This document shows, one piece after another, positions 35,652-50,600 of a stretch of 64,000 bases of DNA. The stretch lies in assembly GCA_964016885.1 (NCBI GenBank), contig OZ024748.1, positions 34,844,001-34,908,000 of the forward strand. The letters run 5' to 3'. Origin of the DNA: Eledone cirrhosa. Taxonomy: Eukaryota. Numbering within the stretch: the first letter of the stretch is position 1; every line of letters begins with the position of its first letter. The notes beneath the pieces were generated by a model. That model was not told the origin of the DNA. It saw only the letters and a list, made by a program, of their open reading frames with translations, and searched no databases. The translations under genes and the position numbers were made by a program.

Positions 35652-38600
35652 AGGAGTTAGATGGATGGTATACAGGGGTTAGATGGATGGTAGACAGGAG
35701 TTACATGGATGGTAGACAGGAGTAAGATGGATGGTATACAGGGGTTAGATGGATGGTAGACAGGAGTTACATGGATGGTAGACAGGGGTTAGATGGATGG
35801 TAGACTAGTTACATGGATGGTAGACAGGAGTAAGATGGATGGTAGACAGTAGTTACATGAATGGTAGTCAGGGGTTAGATGGATGGTAGACAGTAGTTAC
35901 ATGGATGGTAGGCAAGAGTAAGATGGATGGTATACAGGGGTTAGATGGATGGTAGACAGTAGTTACATGGATGGTAGACAGGAGTAAGATGGATGGTATA
36001 CAGGGGTTAGATGGATGGTAGACAGTAGTTACATGGATGGTAGGCAAGAGTAAGATGGATGGTATACAGGGGTTAGATGGATGGTAGACAGTAGTTACAT
36101 GGATGGTAGACAGGAGTAAGATGGATGGTATACAGGGGTTAGATGGATGGTAGACAGTAGTTACATGGATGGTAGACAGGAGTAAGATGGATGGTATACA
36201 GGGGTTAGATGGATGGTAGACAGTAGTTACATGGATGGTAGGCAAGAGTAAGATGGATGGTATACAGGGGTTAGATGGATGGTAGACAGTAGTTACATGG
36301 ATGGTAGACAGGAGTAAGATGGATGGTATACAGGGGTTAGATGGATGGTAGACAGTAGTTACATGGATGGTAGGCAAGAGTAAGATGGATGGTATACAGG
36401 GGTTAGATGGATGGTAGACAGTAGTTACATGAATGGTAGTCAGGGGTTAGATGGATGGTAGACAGTAGTTACATGGATGGTAGGCAGGAGTAAGATGGAT
36501 GGTAGACAGGGGTTAGATGGATGGTAGACAGTAGTTACATGGATGGTATACAGGGGTTAGATGGATGGTAGATAGGAGTTACATGGATGGTAGACAGGGG
36601 TTAGATGGATGGTAGACAGGGGTTAGATGGATGGTAGACAGTAGTTACATGGATGGTAGACAGGAGTAAGATGGATGGTAGACAGGGGTTAGATGGATGG
36701 TAGACAGTAGTTACATGGATGGTAGACAGGGGTTAGATGAATGGTAGACAGGGGTTAGATGGATGGTAGACAGGAGTACCATGGATGGTCGACAGGAGTT
36801 AGATGGATGGTAGACATGGGTTAGATGGATGGTAGACAGTAGTTACATGGATGGTAGACAGGAGTAAGATGGATGGTAGACAGGGGTTAGATGGATGGTA
36901 GACAGTAGTTACATGTATGGGAGACAGGAGTTAGATGGATGGTAGACATGGGTTAGATGGATGGTAGACAGTAGTTACATGGATGGTAGACAGGAGTAAG
37001 ATGGATGGTATACAGGGGTTAGATGGATGGTATACAGGGGTTAGATGGATGGTAGACAGGAGTTACATGGATGGTAGACAGGAGTTAGATGGATGGTAGA
37101 CAGTAGTTAATGGATGGTATACAGGAGTAAGATGAATGGTATACAGGGGTTAGATGGATGGTAGACAGGAGTTACATGGATGGTAGACAGGAGTTACATG
37201 GATGGTAGACAAGAGTTAGATGGATGGTAGACAGGGGTTAGATGGATGGTAGACAGTAGTTACATAGATTGTAGACAGGAATAACATGGATGGTCGACAG
37301 GAGTTACATGGATGGTACACAGGAGTTAGATGGATGGTAGACAGGAGTTACATGGATGGTAGACAGGAGTTAGATGGATGGTAGGCAGGAGTAAGATGGA
37401 TGATACACAGGAGTTACATGGATGGTAGACAGGAGTAACATGGATGGTAAACAGGAGTTACATGGATGGTAGACAGTAGTAAGATGGATCGTAGACAGGA
37501 GTTACATGGATGGTGGACAGGAGTTACATGGATGGTAGACAGGAGTTACATGGATGGTAGACAGGAGTAACATGGATGATACACAGGAGTTACATGGATG
37601 GTAGGCAGGAATTACATGGATGGTAAACAGGAGTTACATGGATGGTGGACAGGAGTTACATGGATGGTAGCCAGGAGTAAGATGGATGGTGGACAGGAGT
37701 AACATGGATGGTAGACAGGAGTTACATGGATGGTAGACAGTAGTAACATGGATTGTAGCCAGGAGTAAGATGGTTGGTAGGCAGGAGTAACATGGATGGT
37801 AGACAGTAGATACATGGATGGTAGACAGTAGATACATGGATGGTAGACAGGAGTAACATGGGTGGTTGACAGGAGTAACATGGATGGTGGTCAGGAGTAA
37901 CATAGGTGGTAGACAGGAGTAAGATAGATGATAGACAGGAGTTACATGGATGGTAGACAGGAGTAAGATGGATGGTAGACAGGAGTAACATGGATGGTAG
38001 ACAGTAGATACATGGATGGTAGACAGTAGATACATGGATGGTAGACAAGAGTAACATGGATGGTAGACAGGAGTAAGATGGGTGGTAGACAGGAATTACA
38101 TAGATGGTGTACAGGAGTAACATGGATGGTATACAGGAGTAACGTAGAGGGTAAACAGGAGTTACATGGATGGTAGACAGGAGTTAGATGGATGGTAGAC
38201 AGGAGTTACATGGATGGTGGACATGAGTTACATGTATGGTGGACAGGAGTCACATGGATGGTGGACAGGAGTTACATGGATGGTAGACAGGAGTAAGTTG
38301 GATGGTAGACTGGAGTTACATGGATGGTAGACAGGAGTTACATGGATGGTGGACAGGAGTTACATGGATGGTGGACAGGAGTTACATGGATGGTAGTCAG
38401 GAGTAACATGGATGGTAGACAGGAGTAAGTTGGATGGTAGACTGGAGTTACATGGATGGTAGACAGGAGTTACATGGATGGTGGACAGGAGTTACATGGA
38501 TGGTGGACAGGAGTTACATGGATGGTAGTCAGGAGTAACATGGATGGTAGACAGGAGTAAGTTGGATGGTAGACTGGAGTTACATGGATGGTGGACAGGA

Positions 38601-41600
38601 GTAACATGGATGGCAGTCAGGAGTAAGATGGATGGTAGACAGGAGTTACATGGATGGTAGACAGGAGTAACATGGATGGTAGACAGGAGTTACATGGATG
38701 GTAGACAGGGGTTAGATGGATGGTAGACAGGAGTTACATGGATGGTAGACAGGAGTAACATGGATGGTAGACAGGAGTTAGATGGATGGTAGACAGAAGT
38801 TACATGGATGGTAGACAGGAGTTACATGGATGGTAGACAGGAGTAACATGGATGGTAGACAGGAGTAACATGGATGGTAGACAGGAGTTACATGGATGGT
38901 GGACAGGAGTAACGTTGATGGTAACCAGTTGTTACATGGATGGTAGACAGGAGTAAGATGGATGGCAGACAGGAGTAAGATGGATGGCAGACAGGAGTAA
39001 CATGGATGGTAGACAGGTGTAAGATGGATGATAGACAGGAGTTACATGGATGGTAGACAGGAGTTACATGGATGGTGGACAGTAGTAACATGGATGACAG
39101 CCAGGTGTTACAAGGATGGTAGATAGGAGTAAGATGGATGGTAGACAGGAGTTACATGGATGGTAGACAGGAATTACATGGATGAGAGACAGGAGTAACA
39201 TGGATGGTGGACAGGAGTTACATGGATGGTAGACAGTAGTAACATGGATGGTAGACAAGAGTAACATGGATGGTAGACAGGACTTACATGGATCGTAGAC
39301 AGGATTTACATGGATGGTAAACAGGAGTAACATGGATGGTGGACAGGAGTAGCATGGATAGACAGGAGTTACATGGATGGTGGACAGGAGTAACATGGAT
39401 GGTAGACAGGAGTAAGATGGATGGTAGACAGTAGTAAGATGGATGGTAGACAGGTGTAAGATGGATGATAGACAGGAGTTACATGGATGGTAGACAGGAG
39501 TTACATGGATGGTGGACAGTAGTAACATGGATGACAGCCAGGTGTTACAAGGATGGTAGACAGCAGTTACATGGATGGTAGACAGGAGTTACATGGATGG
39601 TAGACAGGAGTAAGATGGATGGTAGACAGGAGTAAGATGGATGGTAGACAGGGGTTACATGGATGGTAGACAGGAGTTACATGGATGGTAGACAAGAGTA
39701 ACATTGATGGTAGCCAGGAGTAAGTTGGGTGGTAGACAGGAGTTACATGGATGGTAGACAGGAGTAAAATGGATGGTAGACAGGAGTTACATGGATGGTA
39801 GACAGGAGTTACATGGATGGTGAGAAGTTACATGGATGGTGAGCAGGAGTTACATGGATGGTGAGCAGGAGTTAGATGGATGGTAGGCAGGAGTAAGTTG
39901 GGTGGTAGACAGGAGTTAGATGAATGGTAGACAGGAGTTAGATGAATGGTAGACAGGAGTTAGATGAATGGTAGACAGGAGTTAGATGAATGGTAGACAG
40001 GAGTTAGATGGATGGTAGGCAGGAGTTAGATGGATGGCAGACAGGAGTTACATGGATGGTAGGCTGGAGTTACATGGATGGTAGGCTGGAGTTACATGGA
40101 TGGTAGACAGGAGTTACATGGATGGTAGGCAGGAGTAACATGGATGGTAGTCAGGAGTTACATGGATGGTAGGCAGGAGTAACATGGATGGTAGACAGGA
40201 GTTACATGGATGGTAGACAGGAGTAAGATGGATGGTAGACAGTAATTACATGGATGGTAGACAGGAGTTACATGGATCGTAGACAGGAGTTAGATGGATG
40301 GTAGACAGGAGTTAGATGGATGGTAGTCAGGAGTTAGATGGATGGTAGACAGGAGTTAGATGGATGGTAGGCAGGAGTTAGATGAATGGTAGACAGGAGT
40401 TAGATGGATGGTAGACAGGAGTTACATGGATGGTAGACAGGAGTTAGATGGATGGTAGACAGGAGTTACATGGATGGTAGACAGGAGTTACATGGATGGT
40501 AGACAGTAGTAAGATGGATGGTAGACAGGAGTAAGATGAATGGTAGACAGGAGTAAGATGGATGGTAGACAGGAGTAAGATGGATGGTAGACAGGAGTTA
40601 CATGGATGGTAGACAGGAGTAACATGGATGGTAGACAGGAGTAACATGGATGGTGGACAGGAGTTTATGGATGGTAGACAGGAGTTACATGGATGGTAGA
40701 CAATAGTTACATGGATGGTGGGCAGGAGTAACGTGGATGGTAGACAGGAGTTAGATGGATGGTAGACAGGAGTTAGATGGATGGTAGACAAGAGTTACAT
40801 GGATGGTAGACAGTAGTAAGATGGATGATAGACAGGAGTTACATGGATGATAGACAGGAGTTACATGGATGGTAGACAGTAGTAAGATGGATGGTAGACA
40901 GGAGTAAGATGAATGGTAGACAGGAGTAACATGGATGGTAGACAATAGTTACATGGATGGTAGACAGGAGTTAGATGGATGGTAGACAGGAGTTACATGG
41001 ATGGTAGACAGGAGTAAGATGGATGGTAAACAGGAGTTACATGGATGGTAGACAGGAGTTACATGGATGGTGGACAGGAGTTAGACGGATGGTAGAAAGG
41101 AGTTACATGGATGGTAGACAGGTGTTAGATGGATGGTAGGCAGGAGTTAGATGGATGGTAGACAGGAGTTACATGGATGGTAGACAGGAGTTAGATGGAT
41201 GGTAGACAGGAGTTAGATGGATGGTAGACAGGAGTAAGATGGATGGTAGACAGGAGTTACATGGATGGTAGACAGGAGTTACATGGATGGTAGACAGGAG
41301 TAACGTAGAGGGTAAACAGGAGTTACATGGATGGTAGACAGGAGTAACATGGATGGTAGACAGGAGTAACATGGATGGTAGACAGGAGTAAGATGGGTGG
41401 TTGACAGGAGTAACATGGATGGTGGTCAGGAGTAACATGGTTGGTAGACAGGAATTACATGGATGGTGGACAGGAGTAACATGGATGGTAGACAGGAGTT
41501 ACATGGATGGTATACAGGAGTAAGTTGGATGGTAGACAGGAGTTACATGGATGGTAGTCAGGAGTAAGATGGATGGTAGACAGGAGTTACATGAATGGTA

Positions 41601-44600
41601 GACAGGAGTTACATGGATGGTAGACAGGAGTTACATGGATGGTAGACAAGAGTTACATGGATGGTAGACAGGATTTACATGGATGGTGGTCAGGAGTAAC
41701 ATGGATGGTGGTCAGGAGTAACATGGATGGTAGACAGGAGTTACATGGATGGTAGACAGTAGTAACATGGATTGTAGACAGTAGTAACACGGATGGTACA
41801 CAGGAGTTACATGGATGGTAGACAGGAGTTACATGGATGGTGGTCAGGAGTAACATGAATGGTAGGCAGGAGTTACATGGATGGTAGACAGGAGTAAGAT
41901 GGATGGTAGACAGGAGTTACATGGATGGTAGACAGGAGTTAGATGGATGGTGGACAGGAGTAAGTTGGGTGGTAGACAGGTGTTATAAGGATGGTAGACA
42001 GGAGTTACATGGATGGTAGACAGGAGTAAGATGGATGGTGGACAGGAGTAAGTTGGGTGGTAGACAGGAGTTACATGGATGGTAGACAGGAGTTACATGG
42101 ATGGTAGACAGGAGTTAGATGGATGGTAGACAGGAGTTAGATGGATGGTAGCAGGAGTAAGATGGGTGGTAGACAGGAGTAAGATGGGTGGTAGACAGGA
42201 GTTACATGGGTGGTAGACAGGAGTTACATGGATGGTAGACAGGAGTTACATGGATGGTAGACAGGAGTTAGATGGATGGTAGACAGGAGTTACATGGATG
42301 GTAGGCAGGAGTTACATGGATGGTAGACAGGAGTAAGATGGATGGTAGACAGGAGTTACATGGATGGTAGACAGGAGTTAGATGGATGGTAGACAGGAGT
42401 AAGATGTATGGTGGACAGGAGTAAGATGGATGGTAGACAGGAGTAAGATGGATGGTAAACAGGAGTTACATGGATGGTAGACAGGAGTTACATGGATGGT
42501 GGGCAGGAGGGACAGTAGTAACATGGATGGTTGATAGGAGTAACATGTATGGTAGACAGGAGTAACATGGATGCTAGACAGGAGTAAGATGGATGGTAGA
42601 CAGGGGTTACATGGATGGTAGTAAGGAGTAACATGGATGGTAGAGTGAATTTTGATGGATGGTAAACTGGAGTTACATGGATGGTAGACTGGAGTTACAT
42701 GGATTGTAAACAGGAGTTACATGGATGGTGGACAGGAGTAACATGGATGGTAGACAAGAGTAACATGGATGGTGGACAGAAGTAACATGGATGGTGGACA
42801 GAAGTAACATGGATGGTGGACAGAAGTAACATGGATGGTGGACAGGAGTACCATGGATGGTAGGCAGGAATTACAGGGATGGTGGACAGGAGTACCATGG
42901 ATGGTAGGCAGGAATTACATGGATGGTGGACAGGAGTTACATGGATGGTAGGCAGGAGTAAGATGGATGGTAAACAGGAGGTACATGGATGGTAGACAGA
43001 AGTAAGATGGATGGTAAACAGGAGTTACATGGATGGTAGACAGGAGTACCATGGATGGTAGGCAGGAATTACATGGATGGTGGACAGGAGTTACATGGAT
43101 GGTAGACAGGAGTTACATGGATGGTAGACAGGAGTAAGATGGATGGTGGACAGGAGTAACATGGATGGTAGACAGGAGTTACATGGATGGTAGACAGTAG
43201 AAACATGGATGGTACACAGGAGTTACATGGATGGTAGACAGGAGTTACATGGATGGTGGTCAGGAGTAACATGGATGGTAGACAGGAGTTACATGGATGG
43301 TAGACAGGAGTAAGATGGATGGTAGACAGGAGTTACATGGATGGTAGACAGGAGTTAGATGGATGGTAGACAGGAGTAAGATGGATGGTGGACAGGAGTA
43401 AGTTGGGTGGTAGACAGGTGTTATAAGGATGGTAGACAGGAGTTACATGGATGGTAGACAGGAGTTACATGGATGGTAGACAGGAGTTAGATGGATGGTA
43501 GACAGGAGTTACATGGATGGTAGACAGGAGTTACATGGGTGGTAGACAGGAGTTACATGGGTGGTAGACAGGAGTAAGATGGATGGTAGACAGGAGTTAC
43601 ATGGATGGTAGACAGGAGTTAGATGGATGGTAGACAGGAGTAAGATGTATGGTGGACAGGAGTAAGATGGATGGTAGACAGGAGTAAGATGGATGGTAAA
43701 CAGGAGTTACATGGATGGTAGACAGGAGTTACATGGATGGTGGGCAGGAGGGACAGTAGTAACATGGATGGTTGATAGGAGTAACATGTATGGTAGACAG
43801 GAGTAACATGGATGCTAGACAGGAGTAAGATGGATGGTAGACAGGGGTTACATGGATGGTAGTAAGGAGTAACATGGATGGTAGAGTGAATTTTGATGGA
43901 TGGTAAACTGGAGTTACATGGATGGTAGACTGGAGTTACATGGATGGTAAACAGGAGTTACATGGATGGTGGACAGGAGTAACATGGATGGTAGACAAGA
44001 GTAACATGGATGGTGGACAGAAGTAACATGGATGGTGGACAGAAGTAACATGGATGGTGGACAGGAGTACCATGGATGGTAGGCAGGAATTACATGGATG
44101 GTGGACAGGAGTACCATGGATGGTAGGCAGGAATTACATGGATGGTGGACAGGAGTTACATGAATGGTAGGCAGGAGTAAGATGGATGGTAAACAGGAGT
44201 TACATGGATGGTAGACAGAAGTAAGATGGATGGTAAACAGGAGTTACATGGATGGTAGACAGGAGTACCATGGATGGTAGGCAGGAATTACATGGATGGT
44301 GGACAGGAGTTACATGGATGGTAGACAGGAGTAAGATGGATGGTAGACAGGAGTTACATGGATGGTAGACAGGGGTTACATGGATGGTAGACAGGAGTAA
44401 CATGGATGGTAGACAGGAGTTACATGGATGGTGGACAGGAGTAACGTGGATGGTAAACAGTTGTTACATGGATGGTAGACAGGAGTAAGATGGATGGTAG
44501 ATAGGAGTTATATGGATGGTAGACAGGAGTAAGATGGATGGTAGATAGGAGTTATATGGATGGTAGACAGGAGTTACATGGATGGTGGACAGTAGTAACA

Positions 44601-47600
44601 TGGATGGTAGACGGGAGTTACATGGATGGTGGACAGTAGTAACATGGATGGTAGACAGGAGTAAGATGGATGGTAGACAGGAGTTACATGGATGGTAGAC
44701 AGGAGTTAGATGTATGGTGGACAGGAGTAAGATGGATGGTAGACAGGAGTTACATGGATGGTAGACAGGATTTACATGGATGGTGGACAGGAGTAAAATA
44801 GATGGTGGACAGGAGTTACATGGATGGTAGACAGGACTAACATGGATGGTAGACAAGAGTTACATGGATGGTAGACAGGATTTACATGGATGGTGGACAG
44901 GAGTAAAATAGATGGTGGACAGGAGTTACATAGATGGTTGAGAGGAGTTACATGGATGGTAGACAGGAGTAGACATGGATGATAGACAGGAGTTACATGG
45001 ATGGTAGACAAGAGTAACATGGATGGTAGACAGGAGTTACATGGATCGTAGACAGGATTTACATGGATGGTAAACAGGAGTAACATGGATGGTGGACAGG
45101 AGTAAGTTGGATGGTAGACAGGAGTTACTTGTATGGTGGACAGGAGGGACAGGAGTAACATGGATGCTACACAGGAGTTACAGGGATGGTGGACAGTAGT
45201 AACATGGATGACAGCCAGGTGTTACAAGGATGGTAGAAAGTAGTAAGATGGATGGTAGACAGGAGTTACATGGATGGTAGACAGGTATTACATGGATGGT
45301 AGACAGGAGTTACATGGATGGTAGACAGGAGTTACATGGATGGTAGACAGGAGTAAGATGGATGGTAGGCAGGAGTAAGCTGGATGGTAGGCATGAGTTA
45401 CATGGATGGTAGGCAGGAGTTACATGGATGGTAGGCAGGAGTTACATGGATGGTAGGCAGGAGTTAGATGGATGTTAGACAGGATTTACATGGATGGTAG
45501 ACAGGAGTAACATGGATGGTAGACAGTAATTACATGGATGGTAGACAGGAGTTACATGGATGGTAGACAGGAGTTAGATGGATGGTAGACAGTAGTAAGA
45601 TGGATGGTAGTCAGGGGTTAGATGGATGGTAGTCAGGGGTTAGATGGATGGTGGACAGGGGTTAGATGGATGGTAGACAGGAGTAACGTGGATGGTAGAC
45701 AGGAGTAACGTGGATGGTAGACAGGAGTTACATGGATGGTAGACAGGAGTAAGATGGATGGTAGATAGGAGTTATATGGATGGTAGACAGGAGTTACATG
45801 GATGGTGGACAGTAGTAACATGGATGGTAGACAGGAGTTACATGGATGGTGGACAGTAGTAACATGGCTGGTAGACAACAGTAACATGGATGGTAGACAG
45901 GAGTAACATGGATGGTAGACAGGAGTTACATGGATGGTAGACAGGAGTAACATGGATGGTAGACAGGAGTTACATGGATGGTAGACAGGATTTACATGGA
46001 TGGTGGACAGGAGTAAAATAGATGGTGGACAGGAGTTACATAGATGGTTGACAGGAGTTACATGGATGGTAGACAGGAGTAGACATGGATGATAGACAGG
46101 AGTTACATGGATGGTAGACAAGAGTAACATGGATGGTAGACAGGAGTTACTTGTATGGTGGACAGGAGTAACATGGATGCTACACAGGAGTTACAGGGAT
46201 GGTAGACAGGAGTTACAGGGATGGTGGACAGTAGTAACATGGATGACAGCCAGGTGTTACAAGGATGGTAGAAAGTAGTAAGATGGATGGTAGACAGGAG
46301 TTACATGGATGGTAGACAGGTATTACATGGATGGTAGACAGGAGTTACATGGATGGTAGACAGGAGTTACATGGATGGTAGACAGGAGTTAGATGGATGG
46401 TAGGCAGGAGTTAGATGGATGGTAGGCAGGAGTTAGATGGATGGTAGACAGGAGTTACATGGATGGTAGACAGGAGTTAGATGGATGGTAGACAGGAGTT
46501 AGATGGATGGTAGACAGGAGTAAGATGGATGGTAGACAGGAGTTACATGGATGGTAGACAGGAGTTACATGGATGGTAGACAGGAGTAACGTAGAGGGTA
46601 AACAGGAGTTACATGGATGGTAGACAGGAGTAACATGGATGGTAGACAGGAGTAAGATGGATGGTAGACAGGAGTAAGATGGGTGTTTGACAGGAGTAAC
46701 ATGGATGGTGGTCAGGAGTAACATTGTTGGTAGACAGGAATTACATGGATGGTGGACAGGAGTAACATGTATGGTAGACAGGAGTTACATGGATGGTATA
46801 CAGGAGTAAGTTGGATGGTAGACAGGAGTTACATGGATGGTAGTCAGGAGTAAGATGGATGGTAGACAGGAGTTACATGAATGGTAGACAGGAGTTACAT
46901 GGATGGTAGACAGGAGTTACATGGATGGTAGAAAAGAGTTACATGGATGGTAGACAGGATTTACATGGATGGTGGACAGGAGTAACATGGATTGTAAACA
47001 GGAGTTACATGGATGGTAAACTGGAGTTACATGGATGGTAGACTGGAGTTACATGGATTGTAAACAGGAGTTACATGGATGGTGGACAGGAGAAACATGG
47101 ATGGTAGACAAGAGTAACATGGATGGTGGGCAGAAGTAACATGGATGGTGGACAGAAGTAACATGGATGGTGGACAGGAGTACCATGGATGGTAGACAGG
47201 AGTAAGATGGATGGTGGACAGGAGTAACATGGATGGTAGACAGGAGTTACATGGATGGTAGACAGTAGTAACATGGATTGTAGACAGTAGTAACATGGAT
47301 GGTACACAGGAGTTACATGGATGGTAGACAGGAGTTACATGGATGGTGGTCAGGAGTAACATGGATGGTAGACAGGAGTTACATGGATGGTAGACAGGAG
47401 TAAGATGGATGGTAGACAGGAGTTACATGGATGGTAGACAGGAGTTAGATGGATGGTAGACAGGAGTAAGATGGATGGTGGACAGGAGTAAGTTGGGTGG
47501 TAGACAGGTGTTATAAGGATGGTAGACAGGAGTTACATTGATGGTAGCAGGAGTAAGATGGGTGGTAGACAGGAGTAAGATGGGTGGTAGACAGGAGTTA

Positions 47601-50600
47601 CATGGGTGGTAGACAGGAGTTACATGGATGGTAGACAGGAGTTAGATGGATGGTAGACAGGAGTTACATGGATGGTAGACAGGAGTTACATGGGTGGTAG
47701 ACAGGAGTTACATGGGTGGTAGACAGGAGTAAGATGGATGGTAGACAGGAGTTACATGGATGGTAGACAGGAGTTAGATGGATGGTAGACAGGAGTAAGA
47801 TGTATGGTGGACAGGAGTAAGATGGATGGTAGACAGGAGTAAGATGGATGGTAAACAGGAGTTACATGGATGGTAGACAGGAGTTACATGGATGGTGGGC
47901 AGGAGGGACAGTAGTAACATGGATGGTTGATAGGAGTAACATGTATGGTAGACAGGAGTAACATGGATGCTAGGCAGGAGTAAGATGGATGGTAGACAGG
48001 GGTTACATGGATGGTAGTAAGGAGTAACATGGATGGTAGAGTGAATTTTGATGGATGGTAAACTGGAGTTACATGGATGGTAGACTGGAGTTACATGGAT
48101 GGTAAACAGGAGTTACATGGATGGTGGACAGGAGTAACATGGATGGTAGACAAGAGTAACATGGATGGTGGACAGAAGTAACATGGATGGTGGACAGAAG
48201 TAACATGGATGGTGGACAGGAGTACCATGGATGGTAGGCAGGAATTACATGGATGGTGGACAGGAGTACCATGGATGGTAGGCAGGAATTACATGGATGG
48301 TGGACAGGAGTTACATGAATGGTAGGCAGGAGTAAGATGGATGGTAAACAGGAGTTACATGGATGGTAGACAGAAGTAAGATGGGTGGTAGACAGGAGTA
48401 CCATGGATGGTAGGCAGGAATTACATGGATGGTGGACAGGAGTTACATGGATGGTAGACAGGAGTAAGATGGATGGTAGACAGGAGTTACATGGATGGTA
48501 GACAGGGGTGACATGGATGGTAGGCAGGAGTAACATGGATGGTAGACAGGAGTTACATGGATGGTGGACAGGAGTAACGTGGATGGTAAACAGTTGTTAC
48601 ATGGATGGTAGACAGGAGTAAGATGGATGGTAGATAGGAGTTATATGGATGGTAGACAGGAGTAAGATGGATGGTAGATAGGAGTTATATGGATGGTAGA
48701 CAGGAGTTACATGGATGGTGGACAGTAGTAACATGGATGGTAGACAGGAGTTACATGGATGGTGGACAGTAGTAACATGGATGGTAGACAGGAGTAAGAT
48801 GGATGGTAGACACGAGTTACATGGATGGTAGACAGGAGTTAGATGGATGGTAGACAGGAGTAAGATGTATGGTGGACAGGAGTAAGATGGATGGTAGACA
48901 GGAGTTACATGGATGGTAGACAGGATTTACATGGATGGTGGACAGGAGTAAAATAGATGGTGGACAGGAGTTACATGGATGGTAGACAGGAGTAACATGG
49001 ATGGTAGACAGGAGTTACATGGATGGTAGACAGGATTTACATGGATGGTAGACAGGATTTACATGGATGGTGGACAGGAGTAAAATAGATGGTGGACAGG
49101 AGTTACATAGATGGTTGAGAGGAGTTACATGGATGGTAGACAGGAGTAGACATGGATGATAGACAGGAGTTACATGGATGGTAGACAAGAGTAACATGGA
49201 TGGTAGACAGGAGTTACATGGATCGTAGACAGGATTTACATGGATGGTAAACAGGAGTAACATGGATGGTGGACAGGAGTAAGTTGGATGGTAGACAGGA
49301 GTTACTTGTATGGTGGACAGGAGGGACAGGAGTAACATGGATGCTACACAGGAGTTACAGGGATGGTGGACAGTAGTAACATGGATGACAGCCAGGTGTT
49401 ACAAGGATGGTAGAAGTAGTAAGATGGATGGTAGACAGGAGTTACATGGATGGTAGACAGGTATTACATGGATGGTAGACAGGGGTTACATGGATGGTAG
49501 ACAGGAGTAACATGGATGGTAGACAGGAGTTACATGGATGGTGGACAGGAGTAACGTGGATGGTAAACAGTTGTTACATGGATGGTAGACAGGAGTTAGA
49601 TGGATGGTAGACAGGAGTTAGATGGATGGTAGACAAGAGTTACATGGATGGTAGACAGTAGTAAGATGGATGATAGACAGGAGTTACATGGATGATAGAC
49701 AGGAGTTACATGGATGGTAGACAGTAGTAAGATGGATGGTAGACAGGAGTAAGATGAATGGTAGACGGGAGTAACATGGATGGTAGACAGGAGTTACATG
49801 GATGGTAGACAATAGTTACATGGATGGTAGACAGGAGTTAGATGGATGGTAGACAGGAGTTACATGGATGGTAGACAGTAATAAGATGGATGATAGACAG
49901 GAGTTACATGGATGGTAGACAGGAGTTACATGCATGGTGGACAGGAGTTAGACGGATGGTAGAAAGGAGTTACATGGATGGTAGACAGGTGTTAGATGGA
50001 TGGTAGGCAGGAGTTAGATGGATGGTAGGCAGGAGTTAGATGGATGGTAGACAGGAGTTACATGGATGGTAGACAGGAGTTAGATGGATGGTAGACAGGA
50101 GTTAGATGGATGGTAGACAGGAGTAAGATGGATGGTAGACAGGAGTTACATGGATGGTAGACAGGAGTTACATGGATGGTAGACAGGAGTAACGTAGAGG
50201 GTAAACAGGAGTTACATGGATGGTAGACAGGAGTAACATGGATGGTAGACAGGAGTAACATGGATGGTAGACAGGAGTAAGATGGGTGGTTGACAGGAGT
50301 AACATGAATGGTGGTCAGGAGTAACATGGTTGGTAGACAGGAATTACATGGATGGTGGACAGGAGTAACATGGATGGTAGACAGGAGTTACATGGATGGT
50401 ATACAGGAGTAAGTTGGATGGTAGACAGGAGTTACATGGATGGTAGTCAGGAGTAAGATGGATGGTAGACAGGAGTTACATGAATGGTAGACAGGAGTTA
50501 CATGGATGGTAGACAGGAGTTACATGGATGGTAGACAAGAGTTACATGGATGGTAGACAAGAGTTACATGGATGGTAGACAGGATTTACATGGATGGTGG

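Noticed and set aside
35652-37300. ggggttag motif as telomeric repeat
   Set aside because: No tandem TTAGGG; it is one variant of the 22-mer
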